64,000 nt of DNA from an uncultured virus (IMG/VR IMGVR_UViG_3300005458_000017) (Duplodnaviria; Heunggongvirae; Uroviricota; Caudoviricetes). Of this stretch, positions 58,870 to 64,000 are shown piece by piece. The notes beneath the pieces were generated by a model. It was not told the DNA's origin and ran no database searches. It was given only the letters and a program-made list of their open reading frames with translations. How positions within the stretch are numbered: the first letter of the stretch is position 1; each line of letters starts with the position of its first letter. A program made the position numbers and the translations under genes. The stretch lies in IMG/VR virus record IMGVR_UViG_3300005458_000017, one strand, 5' to 3'.

Positions 58870-59993
58870 CTGCGCAGTCCTCTCGGTAGTTTCACTCTCG
58901 GCAGTAGATCAGCTTGCCGCGCCTCGTAGCTCGCAACCGTGTGCGCGTAGCGCGAAGCGCTCTCGGCATTCTTCCACCGCTTGGTGCGCACCAACCCTTC
59001 CGTGTCGAGCCCGCCGTAGCGCGTCATCCAGGTGCCGTAGGTGTGACAGAAGATATGGAAGCCGCCTTCGCGCGCGGGGAAGGACAAGCCGGTCCGCTTC
59101 ATGGCGTCCGCCAGCATGTCGCGAAGGTGGCCGCCCGGATGAAAACGAAACAGCCGCGCAGCGGGATCACGCTTCAGCCACGGCTTGCCGGCGTCATCTT
59201 GGGGACGGTGGCCCACGCTCTCGGGCCGAGGAGGCTGCGCCCGGAACGCTTCAACCAGCACGGGGGGTAAGTGCACGGGTCGCGGCTCGCCGTTCTTGGT
59301 GTCAGGGATGTAGAGGATCGGCGCCGGGTTACCGTGACGGTCACAAGTATCCAGCTTGAGGTCGCGAACATGTGACTTCAGCGGTTCGCTCAACCGTTCG
59401 CCGGTGTAGAGATACGTCATGCACAGGAGTCCGAACTCGGCATCGATGTGGTAACAGTTCTCGATCAACGGACGCGCCTGCTCCGGCTCCAGCCAGCTTT
59501 GCGATTTTTTACCGCGCCATCCTACAGGCCGCTTGATCTCCATCGTGTTGCCGGCGCGCTTCAGGACGGCAGAGACGGGCGTGTAGAAATTGCGGTTTTT
59601 AGTCGCCGCGGGAGCGTCAGGCATGATCGCGTTGGCGCAGTTGTCGATCATGATCTGGTCGATCTCCTTGACCAGCTTGTCCCGCAGCGCGAACTCGCCT
59701 TCGAGTTCGATAACTGCGCCGAGGTACTGCCCGTCGCCGCCGGCGCGGAGGTATGCAAGTGTCGCTTCTGCGAACGTGGGTGCACGCTTTACTTCCTTGT
59801 CGCTTGGCTCAGCGCTGGGGCTGCTTGCATACTCACCACGTTCGATGGCGCGCTCCCAGGTGGTGATAACACCGCGCGCTTTTTGCTTGTCAGTATGCTT
59901 CGTAGAGCGGTCAACGTAGACTCCCCGGTGGGTGCCGCGCCCGCGGTAGTACGGATTCCTTTTGGGGTCCGGCGGAATGAGTTTAATCGACAT
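58866..59993 (-). CDS. int: Tyrosine integrase
   Basis: YTGER.SE, TKNG, HIFCHT (HxxR position), W, RY; next to attP. Confidence 0.9.
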   Translation of the reverse strand: MSIKLIPPDPKRNPYYRGRGTHRGVYVDRSTKHTDKQKARGVITTWERAIERGEYASSPSAEPSDKEVKRAPTFAEATLAYLRAGGDGQYLGAVIELEGEFALRDKLVKEIDQIMIDNCANAIMPDAPAATKNRNFYTPVSAVLKRAGNTMEIKRPVGWRGKKSQSWLEPEQARPLIENCYHIDAEFGLLCMTYLYTGERLSEPLKSHVRDLKLDTCDRHGNPAPILYIPDTKNGEPRPVHLPPVLVEAFRAQPPRPESVGHRPQDDAGKPWLKRDPAARLFRFHPGGHLRDMLADAMKRTGLSFPAREGGFHIFCHTYGTWMTRYGGLDTEGLVRTKRWKNAESASRYAHTVASYEARQADLLPRVKLPRGLRR

Positions 59994-60184
59994 CGTTCTT
60001 CCTCTCTTGCAGCGGCACGGATACGAGAAAGGTCATTATCGTCGAATGTTTTTGCCCTGCCAAGCGGCGCGTAATACGGGAGACCATTCTGGTCGACCGG
60101 ATGGATCGCCAACCAAGCTTGCAGCCAGCGGCGCGACTTGCGCAATTCCGCGGCGGCTTCTTCTATGGTGAGAACTCGGGTCAC
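59789..60184 (-). CDS. xis: Excisionase-like HTH protein overlapping the int 5' end
   Basis: LTIEEAAAELRKSRRWL...GR...F...DL..I. Confidence 0.75.
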   Translation of the reverse strand: MTRVLTIEEAAAELRKSRRWLQAWLAIHPVDQNGLPYYAPLGRAKTFDDNDLSRIRAAAREEERCRLNSFRRTPKGIRTTAGAAPTGESTLTALRSILTSKKRAVLSPPGSAPSNVVSMQAAPALSQATRK

Positions 60185-60444
60185 GCTGCCGGAGGCCCTA
60201 CCGTAACGACTTCGTCGGCGTTGATATGCATCCGGTGCAGTAGCCGGGAAACGGCGCCGATCAAGGTGACAATTTTATCCGTGGCGCTGCTTTGGCTTTG
60301 CGAAGCGCCACTTGGTTCGAGTCCGACCACTGCGACAGCGATGATTTCGCCAGACTTTGCCATCCGGAGAAAATCCTCCAAGATCGCGACGGTGTCTTCG
60401 TTGTGCTGCTGCGCACGGGTAACCAGGCGAATCGGGATATTCAT
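60181..60444 (-). CDS. Hypothetical protein
   Basis: LE..L..AKSGEI.AVAVV pattern; coupled to xis. Confidence 0.65.
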   Translation of the reverse strand: MNIPIRLVTRAQQHNEDTVAILEDFLRMAKSGEIIAVAVVGLEPSGASQSQSSATDKIVTLIGAVSRLLHRMHINADEVVTVGPPAA

Positions 60445-60756
60445 AGAAGGTCCGGAGGGTCGATGATCAGGGCGGCAGCGATGCCAGCGAAGGTGACTAC
60501 GAAGGTCAGCCAGATGATCGTTGCTGGTTCCACTGCGATGCTCCGTGGGGTGGTTGGGGCGTCTCACCTTTACATCCGAAGCGAGACGCCCCGGTCTTCT
60601 GAAGGCTTCTAATTGGTTCGCGGCACCCGTTGAGGCGGGTCGAAAGGACAGGTAAGTCGCTTGCCAGATTTCCACCTTGAGTAAGGTTTCGTTTGCGCCG
60701 AGCTAAAAATTTATTAATCGCTTTTTGGTAGCGTCAGATTTTCAAAGGAGAGCGAG

Positions 60757-60963
60757 ATGGCACGATCATTAAATTTGATTCTAATAGCGAGCTTCGTCGG
60801 TGGCGTTCTGGTGGGGTTGATGCTTGGCGTCGGTACCGTCAGTTGGGCGTCGAATGTGCTCGGGACCGGGACACTGACGGGCTGGTCAGTGACCAAGGAC
60901 GGCGAGGAAGTCTGTTCCGATCCGGATGTCGACACCGCGTCGAAGGAAATTGAGTGTGACTAG
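60757..60963 (+). CDS. Small membrane/secreted protein on the opposite strand
   Basis: AAGGAG RBS; N-terminal TM; two Cys. Confidence 0.6.
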   Translation: MARSLNLILIASFVGGVLVGLMLGVGTVSWASNVLGTGTLTGWSVTKDGEEVCSDPDVDTASKEIECD

Positions 60964-61658
60964 GCGGCCATCCGCCATTCGATATTAGTTACGAACAGCG
61001 GTCCCCATTGCGCTGCGATCGCGTGCGCTAAACCGGGCTCGGTCTCGCTGCGCTTTTCCTCACGGTCCGGACCCGGCGGCATCAGCCAACACTTTTGGGT
61101 GATCTTCGGGTAGTCGGATTTTTTGTGGGTCGCGACCAAAGGCGGCAGATTATATAACCAAAGCCCGGTGGCTTTGGAGAACGGGTCACCGAACCACCAT
61201 GGCTGAACGTACTGTGGTTTGGGCTCATACCCTATCAGCGCGCGCGCGTGACGGTGCATGATCGGGTTCTCGATCATACGCCGCGGGATATGAACAGCGT
61301 CGCGGAACAGATTGAAGAACTGCGCGCCAGCATGCATCTTGAACCACCGGTCCAGATCGCGTCCGTTCTCGACGGCCCACTTTCCGTTAATACGTCTGTA
61401 GAGGTGTTTGGCCCCCGCATTGGTCAAGTAGCGGCAAACCGGGTGTGCAATCAGCCCGGTCCAGTGTCGTGAGTGCAGGATATCACGAACGTCGCCGCAA
61501 TAGTGTGGCCCCGGCCGGCGTGTCGGTTCCAGATCACACGAGATTGCTCTAACGCCGACGGCGGTGAGTGCGTCACGAATTATACCGCTCCGCTCGCACG
61601 CTATGAGAACGTCGTAGTCTTCAATACGAATCATGCGTACGGACTGCGACGGTTTCAC
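60960..61658 (-). CDS. Short phage DNA cytosine methyltransferase-like protein (start may be 61634)
   Basis: VLIACE.SG..RDA, SCDL, IAHPVC.YL, IENP, QPWWFG..K.T.LWL. Confidence 0.78.
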   Translation of the reverse strand: MKPSQSVRMIRIEDYDVLIACERSGIIRDALTAVGVRAISCDLEPTRRPGPHYCGDVRDILHSRHWTGLIAHPVCRYLTNAGAKHLYRRINGKWAVENGRDLDRWFKMHAGAQFFNLFRDAVHIPRRMIENPIMHRHARALIGYEPKPQYVQPWWFGDPFSKATGLWLYNLPPLVATHKKSDYPKITQKCWLMPPGPDREEKRSETEPGLAHAIAAQWGPLFVTNIEWRMAA

Positions 61659-61659
61659 C

Positions 61660-61674
61660 TTAACAAAAGATTAA
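61660..61674. promoter_or_regulatory. Canonical CtrA-type box TTAA-N7-TTAA
   Basis: TTAACAAAAGATTAA directly upstream of the methylase gene. Confidence 0.55.
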
Positions 61675-61760
61675 AAACACTTTTTTGGTCCTAGATATTT
61701 CCGAAGCGGGTCTCGCGCAGCGAGACGGGGGCCGCCTGGCCATGCGGGGGGCGGGGCACG

Positions 61761-61792
61761 AAAAAAGCCCGCACCGTGTGAGGGTGCGGGCT
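61761..61792 (-). terminator. Intrinsic terminator
   Basis: GCCCGCACC/GGTGCGGGC stem plus TTTTTT on minus strand. Confidence 0.8.
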
Positions 61793-61819
61793 GCGTAGAA
61801 CAGTTCGAGTGTGGAAAGG

Positions 61820-62047
61820 TTACACCGGCGGGATGGTCGCGTTCAGCGAAACCTTGATATCGTCGCCGACGTTCATGAAGCCATCGGTCGAGGCGATCAG
61901 GCGATTGACGGTGCTTTCCGGCAACCCCTTCTCCTTCGCCTTGGCGAGACCCGACTTGGAAGGCTGGGCGGCTTTCCGGGCTTCCTTACTCACGTCGATG
62001 GTCAGGGTCAGCAGATTGCCTTCCATTTTTGCACTCACGTTAGGCAT
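61820..62047 (-). CDS. Small hypothetical protein
   Basis: GAGGGGAG RBS; LTLTIDVS...SKSG...LIAST.G. Confidence 0.7.
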   Translation of the reverse strand: MPNVSAKMEGNLLTLTIDVSKEARKAAQPSKSGLAKAKEKGLPESTVNRLIASTDGFMNVGDDIKVSLNATIPPV

Positions 62048-62189
62048 TGTACTCCCCTCAAAGTTGTGCCGATGGCGGGATGCTGATTGGTCAACCTTGC
62101 CGCGTCGGACACCCTTTGCGCACGGTGCAGGTGAATCGCGCGAGCACATCGCGCGCGTAAGCCTGGTCACGAAACCACGTCCTAAAGGT

Positions 62190-62635
62190 TTTCTCTTGTA
62201 TTTAGATACCTTTCGCTCTTGTATTTAGATACCTTTTAGGGCGTGACTAATGGTCGGGAGCTTGACTAATCGATTTTACTTGGATGTAAATAGTTGAAAT
62301 ATTTCACCTTTTGCCTGATTTTTAAGTCAAATAGTCAAATAGACAAGACTTTTTGAGGGACGGTGGGCAGATCGCAGCCTTACAGTCGGCAATAAAGTTT
62401 CGCCGAATAGCTAAATAGTAATTTTGATTCTTAAATATAAGATTGAATGAAAAATCAATGGGTTACAAGGTGGCAAGGTGAATGTTCTTGTTTCTCCCCT
62501 GCTTAACACTTTTCGACCCTATCTGGAACTTTTAGCCCCCGTTTTGCCACCCGACCCTCTAAAACCCTTGTCTATTTTACTAGTTGACTAATTACACGTC
62601 CGTGATTTCGCGTGATTAGTCAAATAGTCAAACAC
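62190..62635. other. AT-rich non-coding region with direct and inverted repeats; candidate replication origin or divergent control region
   Basis: 21-bp tandem repeat, many TAGTCAAA/TTGACTA units, long imperfect inverted repeat. Confidence 0.6.
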
Positions 62636-62833
62636 CCAAACCACCTCACCTTAACGAGCTTTAACACTTTCCAACTCCTCACCTTATGGGGCGCGTTCGA
62701 CGCGGCGCTTTTGCCGCGCGCCGTTCCCCCGTCGGGGCGAACTCAACTCGCGGTTGTCGGCGAATTACCGTCCCGGTAAGCGCCTCCAACTGCCGCCGCT
62801 GATGCGTCGGCTAACCCTGCTGAGGAGCAGCCC

Positions 62834-63046
62834 ATGACCAAGATCAACCACCGCCACAACTCGCTCTTTCCTGCACGCCGGACCAGCGCAGCATTCGATT
62901 CTGCATCGAAGTGTGAACTCGCTTATCTCGATGCCGTCTCGCACATGCAAGCCGAGCGTCTGCGCTACGGCAAGAGCACGACACTCACACAATTTATTTA
63001 CGAGCAGGCGCCTAAGCGCCGTGATCCCAACGGAGGGTCACGCTGA
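62834..63046 (+). CDS. Hypothetical early protein
   Basis: GAGGAG RBS. Confidence 0.6.
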   Translation: MTKINHRHNSLFPARRTSAAFDSASKCELAYLDAVSHMQAERLRYGKSTTLTQFIYEQAPKRRDPNGGSR

Positions 63047-63270
63047 TGGCCCTGAAAAAAGGTGACAGAGCGAACTTCAACACGCTCTTGAAAGCTGCAC
63101 AGGCCGGGCACCTTGCGCTGGTCGAGAGCCAAGATGCAGTGACCGGCGAGTATCGTGCCGTGCTTACGGCGATCGTGTTCGACGGTAGCGAATATCACGT
63201 CACGCCGTTCGGGCACCTTGCCACTGGCAACCCCTATGAGCAGTACGCCGACCCTACGGGAGGCGTGTGA
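63046..63270 (+). CDS. Hypothetical early protein
   Basis: GGAGG RBS; NF.TLL.A...G.LAL.E...P.G.L...NPY. Confidence 0.7.
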   Translation: MALKKGDRANFNTLLKAAQAGHLALVESQDAVTGEYRAVLTAIVFDGSEYHVTPFGHLATGNPYEQYADPTGGV

Positions 63271-63506
63271 TGCAGATCATCGTTCACGGCGTTAGCTGGG
63301 AAGCGCTCTCGCCGTCGTATTTCCGCAACAGCGAAGCCCAGGCCGACGTGTTTTACGGTGGCATGGTGGCAGGGTGGCGCATCCACCCCACCGGCGAGCG
63401 CCACTACCTCAATGCGCCGTTCCTGAACCGCGACCACGCCATGGAGTACGTGGCCAACCGCGGCAAGGGGATGACGTTGGGGGATATTTTGGAGGACTTC
63501 TCGTGA
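63267..63506 (+). CDS. Hypothetical early protein
   Basis: Coupled ORF, GGAGG RBS. Confidence 0.6.
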   Translation: MMQIIVHGVSWEALSPSYFRNSEAQADVFYGGMVAGWRIHPTGERHYLNAPFLNRDHAMEYVANRGKGMTLGDILEDFS

Positions 63507-63721
63507 AGACCTGGCCAATTCCCACCATCCCACACCGCGAGAGCCCTGGCGATCGCCTGTGTGGGATCAACGAAAGAGCCCCGAGACCTTACCACGTGAG
63601 CGAGAGAGTGAGGGCGTTGCGCACGTGCGCAACGCCCTGCGAACACAACTGCCGCCATCCGGCCTGTGCGCAAGGTTGCAAGGTGGACCAGCGCCGGCGT
63701 GCATTCATGGAAGGACAGTAA
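63503..63721 (+). CDS. Small Cys-rich protein
   Basis: GGAGG RBS, GTG start. Confidence 0.45.
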   Translation: MKTWPIPTIPHRESPGDRLCGINERAPRPYHVSERVRALRTCATPCEHNCRHPACAQGCKVDQRRRAFMEGQ

Positions 63722-63722
63722 C

Positions 63723-63962
63723 ATGGCGTACTATCAAGTTCAGATAGATGTTCGGGTCCACGACGTAGCCGAGCTTCGCGCCTTTGCACTAGCCCGCGCA
63801 GTCGAAGCCGGCATATCGAAAGCCGATTTCATCGACCAAGAATGCGATGACCCGCAAGATAACGTCGAGTACTGGCTGGGCTGGGTCTTCGATGCCGGCA
63901 CTCCAGAGGGCTGCGGTATCGAAATAGAAGACTCTCGCGCTGTGTATGAAGGTGACGCGTGA
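63723..63962 (+). CDS. Hypothetical acidic early protein
   Basis: AAGGA RBS. Confidence 0.65.
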   Translation: MAYYQVQIDVRVHDVAELRAFALARAVEAGISKADFIDQECDDPQDNVEYWLGWVFDAGTPEGCGIEIEDSRAVYEGDA

Positions 63963-64000
63963 TGCACGTCATCATCGTGTTCTTCAACACAGCGCGCACT

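Larger units (their letters stand above)
1425..62779. repeat. Dispersed 15-bp palindrome TTACCG-N3-CGGTAA, at least 19 copies
   Basis: Perfect copies start at 2377, 7306, 10095, 13590, 15974, 19299, 22702, 32461, 43517, 47552, 56014, 62765; one-mismatch copies at 1425, 8489, 10646, 11770, 24527, 26124, 59329. Confidence 0.95.
1..64000. mobile_element. Temperate tailed phage genome, near-complete, circularly permuted, non-integrated (attP intact)
   Basis: Terminase, portal, capsid, tail, lysis, replication, int/xis and attP are all present with no host housekeeping genes; both window ends lie in the + strand early region. Confidence 0.95.

Noticed and set aside
12056..59359. Long antisense ORFs (e.g. 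12056..12892, 16027..17154, 20384..21376, 42720..43721, 50871..51719)
   Set aside because: Shadow frames of GC-rich genes with no motifs or RBS
60181..62047. CI/Cro repressor pair
   Set aside because: No HTH-S24 or XRE-type protein recognisable near int or the divergence region; one may lie outside the window
62651..62664. Second CtrA box
   Set aside because: TTAA-CGAGCT-TTAA has a 6-nt spacer, not 7

Overview
The window is almost all of a ~64+ kb temperate tailed phage genome (podovirus-like head/tail module). It is circularly permuted: it starts and ends inside the early region, and no host genes are visible. Plus strand 62.8 kb->64 kb and 1->17.8 kb holds early and replication genes: AAA ATPase, DUF2201-type vWA metallopeptidase, family A DNA polymerase, nucleotide-metabolism pair, PD-(D/E)XK nuclease, VRR-NUC, SNF2 helicase, SSB-like protein and primase-helicase. 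Minus strand 62 kb->17.8 kb holds a DNA methylase, xis/int with an intact attP (3' half of tRNA-Val(CAC) plus arm repeats), a CtrA-like DNA-binding protein, terminases, portal, collagen-like fibres with a glycosylation cassette, scaffold, capsid, an EndoVII-type homing endonuclease, tail, lysis and large ejection proteins. The host is probably an alphaproteobacterium (Hyphomicrobiales); this is inference. The strongest unexplained signal is a 15-bp palindrome, TTACCG-N3-CGGTAA, present at least 12 times perfectly and 7 times with one mismatch, at gene starts and inside genes. It has the 4-7-4 geometry of a CtrA box, in a phage encoding its own CtrA-like winged helix. Other notable items: a collagen plus glycosyltransferase/methyltransferase cassette, a 64-bp micro-inversion that truncates a gene, an integrase with HxxC instead of HxxR, and an iteron-like origin candidate. 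All family assignments come from motif recognition by eye, not database searches.
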